DNA from: Pelagibacterales bacterium SAG-MED31
Lineage (GTDB): Bacteria > Pseudomonadota > Alphaproteobacteria > HIMB59 > GCA-002718135
Direction of reading: 5' to 3'
Assembly: GCA_014653715.1 (NCBI GenBank)
Contig: JACWEB010000001.1
Span: 84,798 to 148,797, forward strand
DNA: 64,000 nt
Part shown: piece by piece, positions 53,108 through 62,466 of the stretch
Position numbering within the stretch: the first letter of the stretch is position 1
How the letters are laid out: the number at the start of each line of letters is the position of its first letter
Translations under genes and position numbers: made by a program
The notes under the pieces: generated by a model
Database searches by the model: none
What the model was told of the DNA's origin: nothing
The model's input: the letters and a program-made list of their open reading frames with translations, nothing else

Positions 53108-54346
53108 ATGTTAAATGTCCTACGCAACACTTGGGCCCTTTTTTTTGGCTTTGGAATCATTAGTTTAGCTCATGGCTTGCAAGGAACATTAATTGGTGTT
53201 CGATCTATCATTGAGGGATTTAGTTTTATTTCAGCAGGATTAGTTATTGCAGGATATTATGTTGGTTATCTAACGGGTTCTATTATTATTCCTATCTTTT
53301 TAAAACGCGTTGGTCATATAAGAGTCTTCGCTGCCCTAGCATCTTTGGCATCAATCGCAATATTGCTACACTCCATATTTCTAGATCCATATTCTTGGTT
53401 TTTAATTAGAATTTTTACTGGGATCAGTTTGTCTGGAATTTTTATTATTATGGAGAGTTGGCTAAATGATAAATCAACCAACCAAACACGTGGTAAATTA
53501 CTTTCTATATATATGATCATAACTTTTGTTTTTGTTGGGTTAGGTCAATTACTTTTAAATATAAGCGATCCATCTAAAGTTGATTTATTTATTTTAGTAT
53601 CAATTTTATTATCATTTGCTTTGCTTCCTATACTTCTCACAAATACTGAACAACCAAATACATCTGATACAAAAAGTCTAACTCTTTCAGAGTTTTATGC
53701 AATCTCTCCTTTAGGGTTTGTAGGAGCTTTATTTACAGGTTTGGCCCATAGTGCAGTATTTGGATATGGTGCTGTTTATGCTACTTCAAAAGGATTGAGT
53801 GTTTTAGAAGTTTCCATCTTTATGGTTATTATAACTTCCTTTGGTGCACTTTCTCAATGGCCAATTGGTTATCTGTCAGACAAAATGGATAGAAGATTAA
53901 TTTTAATTGGTGTTACTTTCGCAGCATCTGGGTTATGTATTTTAATAGTTCTTTCCTCTTATATTTCTCTAACTTTATTTTTTATCTTAACTGCACTTTA
54001 TTCCTGCATGTCTCTACCAATGTATTCTTTAGCTATTGCGCATACAAATGACTTTCTTGAACAAAATGAAATTGTTGCTGCTAGTTCTGCTTTTGCTAAA
54101 CTCTTAGGGATAGGATCTATTCTTGGTCCACTTTTAGTTTCAGGAATGATGAGTATAACTGGCCCTAACGGATATCATGTATATTTATTATTAATTCACG
54201 GATTGCTTGGTTTATTTGGTTTATATCGTATGACAAAAAGAGCTGTTCCTGTTGATAGTGAATCACAATATGTTCCTCTTCCTCGCAACATTACACCTGC
54301 GGGTATGGAGCTTAATCCTATTACCGAGCCAATTGAGGAAGAATAA
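53108..54346 (+). CDS. MFS transporter
   Basis: 412 aa, about 12 helices, with an MFS-like loop motif between helices 2 and 3 (FLKRVGHIR). Confidence 0.7.
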   Translation: MLNVLRNTWALFFGFGIISLAHGLQGTLIGVRSIIEGFSFISAGLVIAGYYVGYLTGSIIIPIFLKRVGHIRVFAALASLASIAILLHSIFLDPYSWFLIRIFTGISLSGIFIIMESWLNDKSTNQTRGKLLSIYMIITFVFVGLGQLLLNISDPSKVDLFILVSILLSFALLPILLTNTEQPNTSDTKSLTLSEFYAISPLGFVGALFTGLAHSAVFGYGAVYATSKGLSVLEVSIFMVIITSFGALSQWPIGYLSDKMDRRLILIGVTFAASGLCILIVLSSYISLTLFFILTALYSCMSLPMYSLAIAHTNDFLEQNEIVAASSAFAKLLGIGSILGPLLVSGMMSITGPNGYHVYLLLIHGLLGLFGLYRMTKRAVPVDSESQYVPLPRNITPAGMELNPITEPIEEE

Positions 54347-54926
54347 TCTTAAAGTATAGTCTGTAAAGTAATAATAATAAAATTAAAAAAATATAAATTG
54401 CTGGTTCAATTTTATTTGCTCTAACCAACATATAAAAGTGAACACTTGATAAAATTGCAGCAGGATAAATTAAATAATGAATTTTTTTCCAAATTTTAAA
54501 CCCTAATTTTCTTAACATTATTTTTGGTGAAGTAATAGCGAGGGGGATTAAAAAAATAAAACTAATAAATCCAAAAGTTATAAAGGGTCTCTTTATAATA
54601 TCCTTAATAATAAAGGTCAGATCAAAAAAATGATCAAGGGCTATATAGGTTAAAAAATGACAAGAGACATAAAAGAAGGCAAATAAGCCAATCATTCTTC
54701 TCGCTTCAATTAAAAAACGAAATTTTTTGAATTCACTTAAAGAAGAAATAAATAATGTTAATACGATTAAGCGTAAAGCCATCTCTCCCATATTATCCAT
54801 GAATTTCTCAATTGGATTTACACCTAAAGAGCCATTAATAAATTGATATGACCAAAAAAGACTTGGTAAAATTATGGTTAAAAATATTAAAGGTTTAATT
54901 TTTTTAAATGATGGTGTGGATATCAT
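54321..54926 (-). CDS. msrQ: Methionine-sulfoxide reductase haem-binding subunit MsrQ (YedZ)
   Basis: Six-helix ferric-reductase-like membrane protein with conserved His in helices. It lies directly downstream of msrP. Confidence 0.75.
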   Translation of the reverse strand: MISTPSFKKIKPLIFLTIILPSLFWSYQFINGSLGVNPIEKFMDNMGEMALRLIVLTLFISSLSEFKKFRFLIEARRMIGLFAFFYVSCHFLTYIALDHFFDLTFIIKDIIKRPFITFGFISFIFLIPLAITSPKIMLRKLGFKIWKKIHYLIYPAAILSSVHFYMLVRANKIEPAIYIFLILLLLLYRLYFKIILPQLAR

Positions 54927-54929
54927 TAA

Positions 54930-55847
54930 TTAATAGTATTTTTTTAAATCCATTCCTTCATATAAATAACTAACCTCTTCTTCATATCCATTATATATCA
55001 ATGTCTCTCGTCTTTTAAATTCACCAATACGTCTTTCTGTGCCCTGACTCCATCTAGGGTGATCAACAAGATTATTTACATTAGAATAAAAACCATATTC
55101 ACTAGGAGCCAGCATTGACCAAGTAGCCTCAGGTTGCTTATCAACAAACCTAATAGAAGAAATAGACTTAATAGATTTAAAGCCATACTTCCACGGGACA
55201 ACTAATCGAAGAGGTGCACCACTTTGATTGAGTAAATCATGTCCATATAATCCTGTTGATAATATAGTTAAGGGATGCATCGCCTCATCCATTCGCAAGC
55301 CTTCTACGTATGGCCAGGGGAGCAATCTTCTTTTTTGACCAGGCATTTCCTCTGGTCTAAAAACTGTTATAAATTGAATAAATTTTGCTGATGATAGAGG
55401 GTCTGCAATATTTATTAATTCCGATAAAGGAAAACCTTGCCAAGGAATTACCATAGACCATGCCTCAACACATCGTAATCTATATACTCTATCTTCAATA
55501 GTTACTTTTTCTAATACTTTTTCCAAATCAATTACTTGAGGATTATTAATTAAACCTTCAAGGGATATTGACCATGGCTTAGGTTTAAAATTTTTAGAAT
55601 TTTCAGAGGGGTCTGTCTTGCCCATACCAAACTCATAAAAATTGTTATAAGTGGTGATTTCCTCATAGCTGTTTAAAGAATCATTTTCATCAAGTTGATC
55701 AGTATAAATGTTTGCATTAGATAAGTGGTTTGCCTTAAGTCCTGTTGATGTTCCTAAAACAAAACCAGTTGCTACAGAAGATTTAATAAACTTTCTCCTA
55801 TTCAAATAATTTTTGTAAGGAGTGATTTCTGATGGTAAAATTTTCAT
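54930..55847 (-). CDS. msrP: Periplasmic methionine-sulfoxide reductase molybdopterin subunit MsrP (YedY)
   Basis: Tat-like NRRKFIKS signal. YNNFYEFG and RLRCVEAWSMVIPW blocks are typical of YedY. Confidence 0.85.
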   Translation of the reverse strand: MKILPSEITPYKNYLNRRKFIKSSVATGFVLGTSTGLKANHLSNANIYTDQLDENDSLNSYEEITTYNNFYEFGMGKTDPSENSKNFKPKPWSISLEGLINNPQVIDLEKVLEKVTIEDRVYRLRCVEAWSMVIPWQGFPLSELINIADPLSSAKFIQFITVFRPEEMPGQKRRLLPWPYVEGLRMDEAMHPLTILSTGLYGHDLLNQSGAPLRLVVPWKYGFKSIKSISSIRFVDKQPEATWSMLAPSEYGFYSNVNNLVDHPRWSQGTERRIGEFKRRETLIYNGYEEEVSYLYEGMDLKKYY

Positions 55848-55936
55848 CTTTTTTCTATATATATCGTAAATAGAAAAAGAGTAGTTTCAAAGAACTTCCT
55901 CTTCAAAATACCTTATTTAGTTGATACAAACTTTCA

Positions 55937-57739
55937 ATGAATCTTAAATTTTTCTTAATTGTTAGTATATTTCTTACGTTTTATACTTCTGCTTTATTTG
56001 CTGAGAAAACACATGGGATTGCTATGCATGGAAAACCAAAATATGAAAAAGATTTTACTCATCTAAATTATGTTAATCCAAATGCTCCAAAAGGAGGTAT
56101 TGTTCGTTTTGGTGTTTATGGAACTTTTGATAATTTAAATAGAGTAGCCTTTAAAGGATCTAAAGCTGCTGGTCTTGGATACATAAATGATACGTTAATG
56201 AGAAGAGTATGGGATGAAGCATTTACCTTATATGGTTTAATTGCAGAATATGCTGACATGCCAGAAGATAGATCATCAATTACATTTTATATTAACCCAA
56301 AAGCAAAATTTCATGATGGTTCATCCATTACCAGGGAAGATGTATTATTTAGTCTAGAGACTTTTCAGACAAAAGGAACACCAAATCAAAAAAAAACTTA
56401 TGGGAAAGTAACCTCTACTGAAATGGTTGGTTTAAATGGAATTAAAATGAATTTTATTAGTAACGATGATAAAGAACTGCCCCTGATTGTTGCTGGCTTT
56501 CTGCCCATTATCTCAAAAAAATATTATAGCAAGATTGATGTTACTAAAACTTTCCTCGACATTCCTCTTGGAAGTGGTCCTTATCGTATTGAAAGCTTAG
56601 AGCCGGGTCGTCAAATAAAATATCAAAGAGTAAAAAATTACTGGGCAAAAGATTTACTTATTCATAAAGGACAATATAACTTTGATCAAATAATTTATGA
56701 TTATTACAAAGATTCTAATGTGCTTGTAGAAGCTTTTAAGGTTGGAGAGTATGATTATCGTCGTGAGTATAATGCCAAAAAATGGTTTACTGAATATAAT
56801 TTCAATGCTGTCTCAAATGGTGATGTTATTTTAAATGAAATGAAAAATGACAGACCCTCTGGAATGAATGCATTAATTTTTAATTCACGAAAAGATATAT
56901 TTAGTAATCCAAGAGTTAGGTATGCTCTTTCTTTTGCTTATGATCATGAATGGATTAATAAAGTTTTGTACAACAATGCCTATGTTAGAACTGATAGTTA
57001 TTTTGATAATTCACCTTTAGCCTCAACTGGTTTACCGTCTGAACAAGAATTACAATTATTAGACCCTTTCAAAGATGAACTACCTACAGAAATTTTTACC
57101 ACAACATATGCACCACCAAAGACTGATGGAAGTGGTAACCCTAGAGATAACCTAAGAATAGCCAAAAAAATATTAGAAGAAGAAGGGTGGTTTGTCATTG
57201 ATGGAAAACTCATGAAAGATGGAAAACATTTTGAATTTGAGTTTTTAATTCTCAGTCCTTCAGTGGAAAGAATAGCGTTGGCTTTTCAGAAAACATTAGA
57301 AATATTAGGAATAACAATGAATGTACGCACTATAGATTCTTCACAATACCAAGCACGCTTGTTAAATTATGATTTTGATATGATTAAAGCATCGTGGAAT
57401 GTTAGTCTCAGTCCAGGCAATGAACAACAGTTTTACTATGGTTCAGAAGTAGGTAAAAAAGAAGGAAGCAGAAACTATGCTGGTGTTGACAGTGAGGTTG
57501 TTGATTTTCTAATAGAAAAATTAGTGGGAGCCAAAACAAGAGAAGAACTAACAACTGCAATTCATGCTTTAGACCGTGTTCTTTTATGGAATCATTATGT
57601 TATCCCTTTGTATCATAGTAATACTGATAGAATTGCTTATTGGAATATGTTTGAGTTCCCTGAAACAATTCCACTATACGGTATTGTGATTGAGTCTTGG
57701 TGGGTTGATCAAGAAAAAGTAAAAAAACTAAATAGATAG
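55937..57739 (+). CDS. Family-5 (peptide/opine/YejA-type) ABC substrate-binding protein
   Basis: 600 aa with a signal peptide. Overall layout of cluster C binding proteins. No cognate permease or ATPase genes are adjacent. Confidence 0.7.
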   Translation: MNLKFFLIVSIFLTFYTSALFAEKTHGIAMHGKPKYEKDFTHLNYVNPNAPKGGIVRFGVYGTFDNLNRVAFKGSKAAGLGYINDTLMRRVWDEAFTLYGLIAEYADMPEDRSSITFYINPKAKFHDGSSITREDVLFSLETFQTKGTPNQKKTYGKVTSTEMVGLNGIKMNFISNDDKELPLIVAGFLPIISKKYYSKIDVTKTFLDIPLGSGPYRIESLEPGRQIKYQRVKNYWAKDLLIHKGQYNFDQIIYDYYKDSNVLVEAFKVGEYDYRREYNAKKWFTEYNFNAVSNGDVILNEMKNDRPSGMNALIFNSRKDIFSNPRVRYALSFAYDHEWINKVLYNNAYVRTDSYFDNSPLASTGLPSEQELQLLDPFKDELPTEIFTTTYAPPKTDGSGNPRDNLRIAKKILEEEGWFVIDGKLMKDGKHFEFEFLILSPSVERIALAFQKTLEILGITMNVRTIDSSQYQARLLNYDFDMIKASWNVSLSPGNEQQFYYGSEVGKKEGSRNYAGVDSEVVDFLIEKLVGAKTREELTTAIHALDRVLLWNHYVIPLYHSNTDRIAYWNMFEFPETIPLYGIVIESWWVDQEKVKKLNR

Positions 57740-57746
57740 TTTTTTC

Positions 57747-58631
57747 ATGTCACAAACTCGCGCAAATATTTTAATGCTCATTGCTACCCTGATATGGGGG
57801 ACGGCATTTGTGTCCCAAACAACAGGCATGGGTGCAATTGGTCCTTTTACATTTAGTTTTTCGCGATTTTTTTTTGCTACGATAACAGTATTGCCCTTAG
57901 CTCTATATTTTGAAAGAAATAATTTTGCTAAAATTTTTTCTAACTCAAAATTATTAATTTTAACAATTGCTACAGGTATTTTTCTTTTTCTAGGAATGGG
58001 ATTGCAGCAATACGCACTTCAAGTTTCTCAAATTTCTACCGTTGCATTTATTACAACACTGTATGTTCCTATTGTAGGAATTATTTCACGCTTTGTTTTT
58101 AGATCTCAACTACCTTGGATAATTTGGATTGCAATACTGTTATGTGTTTTTGGCTCATATTTATTATCATCAAATCAAAGTATTGAGATACAGCAATCTG
58201 ACTCATTAATATTTATTGCAGCTTTTTGTTTCGCTGTTCATATAATCCTAATTGATGTTTTTATGAAACAATTCAACTCACCTTTTACTTATGGAAGTAT
58301 TCAATATTTTATTGTCTTTCTTATTTCTCTTTTTGTTGCAGGGATTTATGAAAGTCCAACTTTAAAAAATATTTCGATTGAATGGTTTGAAATATTGTAC
58401 ACAGGAGTTCTATCTGCTGGTTTAGGATACACATTACAAATAATTGCACAACGAAAAGCAAGTCCTGCTCCTGCAGCTATTATTTTATCTATGGAAGGTG
58501 TCTTTGCTACAATCGCAGGATGGTTACTTATTAATCAAACTTTAGATTTAAATAAATTTCTTGGATGTATTGCAATTTTTATAGGCGTCATTATAGTACA
58601 ATTATTACCAATTATAAAAAAAAACAAATGA
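57747..58631 (+). CDS. EamA/DMT-family transporter
   Basis: 294 aa, ten helices, two EamA repeats. Confidence 0.7.
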   Translation: MSQTRANILMLIATLIWGTAFVSQTTGMGAIGPFTFSFSRFFFATITVLPLALYFERNNFAKIFSNSKLLILTIATGIFLFLGMGLQQYALQVSQISTVAFITTLYVPIVGIISRFVFRSQLPWIIWIAILLCVFGSYLLSSNQSIEIQQSDSLIFIAAFCFAVHIILIDVFMKQFNSPFTYGSIQYFIVFLISLFVAGIYESPTLKNISIEWFEILYTGVLSAGLGYTLQIIAQRKASPAPAAIILSMEGVFATIAGWLLINQTLDLNKFLGCIAIFIGVIIVQLLPIIKKNK

Positions 58632-59602
58632 CAGATAAATTAGATATTGTTGGCATTGGAAACGCTATGGTGGATGCTATCATCCCCTCAAATAAAAATG
58701 AGGTTGAAAAAAATAACTTAAATCGTGACTCCATGAATTTAATCGATGAAGGTTTAAAAAGTTCTCTTCATAATAACTATTCTATTAAAGAAATGGCTGG
58801 TGGAGGATCTCTTGGAAATTCGATGTTCGGTATCACTTCTTTTGGTGGCAATGGTAGCTTTATTGGTAAAATTAAAAATGATGAAGTAGGAATATTTCTT
58901 CAGAAAGATATGGTCAGAGAAGGTCTACAATTCCCTCTTGGTTTTACTTCACCTGATATTTCTACTGGTTGTTGTACTATTTTTGTTGAAGATGATGGAA
59001 CAAGAACTATGTGTACTTTTCTGGGGGCAGGTACTTTAATTGGACCTGATGATATTCAACCAGCTCATATAACTAATCATAAGATTGCTTATCTAGAAGG
59101 TTATTTGTGGGATAATCAAGATGCCAAAATGGCAATGAAAAAAATGGTTGATATATGTAAGTCAGATAATCAAAAAATTGCCTTTACTTTATCAGACTTG
59201 TTTTGTGTTGATAGACATAGAGATTCCTTCAAAGAACTTATAGAAAATGATGTAGATATTTTATTTGCCAATGAAGATGAAATTAAAGCGCAGTGTGAAA
59301 CTGATAGTTTTGAGAAAGCTGTAGAATATGCAAAATCATTAAATATGATTGTTGCTATCACAAGATCCGCTGATGGTTCTGTTATTGTAAACAATAATGA
59401 GGTGATCGAAATCAATCCTGTGCAAGTTGATAGAGTCGTGGATACAACTGGGGCAGGAGATTTGTATGCGGGTGGTTTTTTATTTGGTATGGCAAAAGGA
59501 AAAGATCTTACTACTTGTGGAAACTATGCATCTATCGCAGCAGCAGAGATAATATCTCATTATGGTGCAAGACCATTAGTAAAGTTATCTAATCTAATTT
59601 AG
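58628..59602 (+). CDS. PfkB-family kinase (adenosine-kinase-like)
   Basis: I prefer ATG 58628 (MTDKLDIVGIGNAMVD...), which overlaps the EamA stop as ATGA. The ORF-track start 58565 lies inside EamA. C-terminal motif DTTGAGDLYAGGF. Confidence 0.75.
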   Translation: MTDKLDIVGIGNAMVDAIIPSNKNEVEKNNLNRDSMNLIDEGLKSSLHNNYSIKEMAGGGSLGNSMFGITSFGGNGSFIGKIKNDEVGIFLQKDMVREGLQFPLGFTSPDISTGCCTIFVEDDGTRTMCTFLGAGTLIGPDDIQPAHITNHKIAYLEGYLWDNQDAKMAMKKMVDICKSDNQKIAFTLSDLFCVDRHRDSFKELIENDVDILFANEDEIKAQCETDSFEKAVEYAKSLNMIVAITRSADGSVIVNNNEVIEINPVQVDRVVDTTGAGDLYAGGFLFGMAKGKDLTTCGNYASIAAAEIISHYGARPLVKLSNLI

Positions 59603-60569
59603 TTAAAATTTTATTTTTTTTATCCTCTTCTAAAAAAGAAGACTCGATAGCATTGCGTGTCATGGATACAAGTTCATTTTCAGCAAAACCAATACCCACC
59701 ATGGCTTCGTATTCACCTTGAATTGTTGCATTAAAAAAAGGAGGGTCATCCGAATTAACAGTTACTCTTACACCTAAATCATGCAATTTTTTTACAGGAT
59801 GCATTTCATAATTTTCATAAATCTTTGTTGCAATATTACTTGTAGGACATGTTTCTAAAACAATGTCTTTGTCGATAATTTCTTTTACTAAATCTAAATC
59901 TTCAATGGAACGAACGCCGTGACCTAATCGAGTTGGATGTAAAAGATGAATGGCATTACGTATATTTTCTGGTCCATCCCATTCACCAGCATGAACTGTT
60001 ATGGGATATGATTCTTGCTTTAACATGTCAAAAGTTTTGGTAAATAAATGTGGTGGAAAATGTAATTCATCACCTGCTAAACCAAAACCTACAAGAGCTG
60101 GGTGAGGATTACTAAGAACTTCTTCGGCTGTTCCTTGGACAGACTCAGCTCCCAAATGCCGTATTCCATTCATTAAATATCTTGAAACAATACCAAAATC
60201 TCTTTCCGCATCTTGAGATGCTTGATGAACACTATCTAAAAAAGAATGGTAAGTCATCCCTTTTGCTTTGGCATGTGTTGAGGAAACCATCGCCTCAACA
60301 TAAAGCACATTGTAGGAAGCGCATTCTTTTAAATATTCATAAGTTAATTCATAATAATCTTCTGGGGTATAAATAACACCAGTCACAATATCGTATCTTT
60401 TAATAAAATCATAAAAATCCTCCCATTGATATGCATACTCAGAGCCAAAAATGTCGGCAGATAACTTAACTTTATTTCGTTCAGCAAATTTTCTACATAA
60501 AGATGGTGTTATTGTTGCCTCAAGATGGACATGAATTTCTGCTTTTGGTATATGGAGAGTTGAGTTCAT
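59589..60569 (-). CDS. add: Adenosine/adenine deaminase family metallohydrolase
   Basis: AEIHVHLEA (HxH), HAGE, and NSDDPPFF signatures. Confidence 0.8.
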   Translation of the reverse strand: MNSTLHIPKAEIHVHLEATITPSLCRKFAERNKVKLSADIFGSEYAYQWEDFYDFIKRYDIVTGVIYTPEDYYELTYEYLKECASYNVLYVEAMVSSTHAKAKGMTYHSFLDSVHQASQDAERDFGIVSRYLMNGIRHLGAESVQGTAEEVLSNPHPALVGFGLAGDELHFPPHLFTKTFDMLKQESYPITVHAGEWDGPENIRNAIHLLHPTRLGHGVRSIEDLDLVKEIIDKDIVLETCPTSNIATKIYENYEMHPVKKLHDLGVRVTVNSDDPPFFNATIQGEYEAMVGIGFAENELVSMTRNAIESSFLEEDKKNKILTKLD

Positions 60570-60595
60570 TATGTGTTTTTTATATTTAGAAATTA

Positions 60596-61420
60596 ATGTC
60601 AGTTTTTAATAACATATCAAGAAGAAAATTTGTTTATGGATGTTCTTGTGTTTGTGCATCATCCATAATTCTTCCATCTTGTACTGAAGTTGCATTATCT
60701 GAAAGAAAACAAATTAACATCATGTCGGATGATTTTTTATATTCAAGAACTTTTCCTGCATACAACAATTTTAAATCTCAATCAAAATTAATAACTGGCA
60801 CTTCAGAGTATAATCAAATTGTTGATATTGGATTTAAAATTCGTGATGCAATTAATATTTATTATGAAACAAATAGAGAAGAAAACCCAACTTCAAACTT
60901 TCAATGGGAATTTATTTTAGTCGATGATGATCAAACAAAAAATGCATGGTGTATGCCTGGAGGTAAAATTGCTTTTTACTCAGGCATTTTACCCATCTTA
61001 AAAAATGCTGATGGTGTGGCTTCTGTTATGGGACATGAAATAGCACACGCAGTAGCAAGACACTCAGCTGAAAGAGCAAGTACTGCTATGGTAACAGATC
61101 TTGGAATCATAGCCTTAGAACGGTTAGTTTTGGGGCAGAGACTCCCTAAAGCAGCTGGTTATGTTCGTCAATTTGGATTAGATCTCCCCTTTAATAGAAA
61201 GCAAGAATCAGAAGCAGACTATCTGGGTTTAATTTTTTCTAGTTTAGCAGGTTATGATATTAATGAGTCGTATAAAGTGTGGGAACGTATGAAAGAAGAT
61301 ATGGGTGACTCCGGGCGTTCAGAATTTTTCAGCACGCATCCTTCTCCTGATAATAGAATCAATAATTTAAAAGGATGGATACCTCTTGTTAATGCAAAGT
61401 ACCCTGCTATAAGCGCTTAA
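60596..61420 (+). CDS. M48-family zinc metallopeptidase, probable lipoprotein
   Basis: Lipobox-like ILPSC. HEIAHAVARH (HExxH) with a downstream E in ESEADYLG. Confidence 0.75.
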   Translation: MSVFNNISRRKFVYGCSCVCASSIILPSCTEVALSERKQINIMSDDFLYSRTFPAYNNFKSQSKLITGTSEYNQIVDIGFKIRDAINIYYETNREENPTSNFQWEFILVDDDQTKNAWCMPGGKIAFYSGILPILKNADGVASVMGHEIAHAVARHSAERASTAMVTDLGIIALERLVLGQRLPKAAGYVRQFGLDLPFNRKQESEADYLGLIFSSLAGYDINESYKVWERMKEDMGDSGRSEFFSTHPSPDNRINNLKGWIPLVNAKYPAISA

Positions 61421-62466
61421 TGTTGGCAGTAAATATAAAAAATCTTAGCCATAAAATTAACAATAAATCTATTTTAAATAATGTTAATTTTGAGCTTAAA
61501 AAAGATTCTATAGCTTGTATTCTTGGACCATCAGGGAGTGGCAAAACTACACTTCTGAAATTAATTGCTGGTTTAGATAAAGTTCAAAATGGATACATAC
61601 TGATAAATGATCAAGAGGTAAGTTCAGCAAATAAACATTTACCAACTGAAAAAAGAAGAATTGGTTTTCTCTTTCAGGATTATGCTCTCTTTCCACATTT
61701 AACGGTAAAAGAAAATCTTAAATACCCAATTAATTTTAAGAACTCTATATATAAGATTGATGATATCATTGATGTTGTCAAGCTTCCTGACTCATTAGAT
61801 AAATATCCACATGAATTAAGTGGTGGTGAACAGCAACGAGTTGCTCTCGCAAGATCAATAATTTCCAATCCTGCTTTATTGTTACTAGATGAACCTTTTT
61901 CAAGTTTAGATTTAAACTTAAGGGAGGAGATACGTGATGACACACTTCATTTATTACAAAGCTCTAATGTCTCCACAATAATAGTTACACATGACCCATT
62001 TGAAGCAATGTTTATTTCTAATCAAATAAATATAATGGATGATAAAGGCTCAATCATTCAATCTGGCGCTCCAGCTGATTTATATAATACCCCCAAAAAT
62101 GAATATGTGACAAGGTTTTTTGGTGAAACAAATGTCTTTAAAGGAAATGCAAATAACTCTATTGTTACTACTCCAGTTGGTGATGTAAAAGTAGACTCTA
62201 AGTATGAAAACAAAAATGTAACTGTTCACATCAGGCCTCAAGGAATAAAATTAAGTGAACAACCTACACCTGTTAATGGAATTAAAGGAACTGTTATGGC
62301 TTCAAAATTAATGGGATCATTTAGTTTTATACATTTATCAGTATTGAATAATGATAATGAAATTGTTCATGTCCATAGCCATATGCCTCCAGAATTTAAT
62401 CCTAAACAATCTTCAGCAGTCGAAATTTCAGTAGATGAAAAACATACTTTTGTTTTTGAAAATTAA
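61420..62466 (+). CDS. Fe(3+)/polyamine-type ABC ATP-binding protein (FbpC/PotA-like)
   Basis: GPSGSGKTT, LSGGEQQRVALARS, LLLDEP, and a TOBE-like C-terminus. Confidence 0.75.
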   Translation: MLAVNIKNLSHKINNKSILNNVNFELKKDSIACILGPSGSGKTTLLKLIAGLDKVQNGYILINDQEVSSANKHLPTEKRRIGFLFQDYALFPHLTVKENLKYPINFKNSIYKIDDIIDVVKLPDSLDKYPHELSGGEQQRVALARSIISNPALLLLDEPFSSLDLNLREEIRDDTLHLLQSSNVSTIIVTHDPFEAMFISNQINIMDDKGSIIQSGAPADLYNTPKNEYVTRFFGETNVFKGNANNSIVTTPVGDVKVDSKYENKNVTVHIRPQGIKLSEQPTPVNGIKGTVMASKLMGSFSFIHLSVLNNDNEIVHVHSHMPPEFNPKQSSAVEISVDEKHTFVFEN

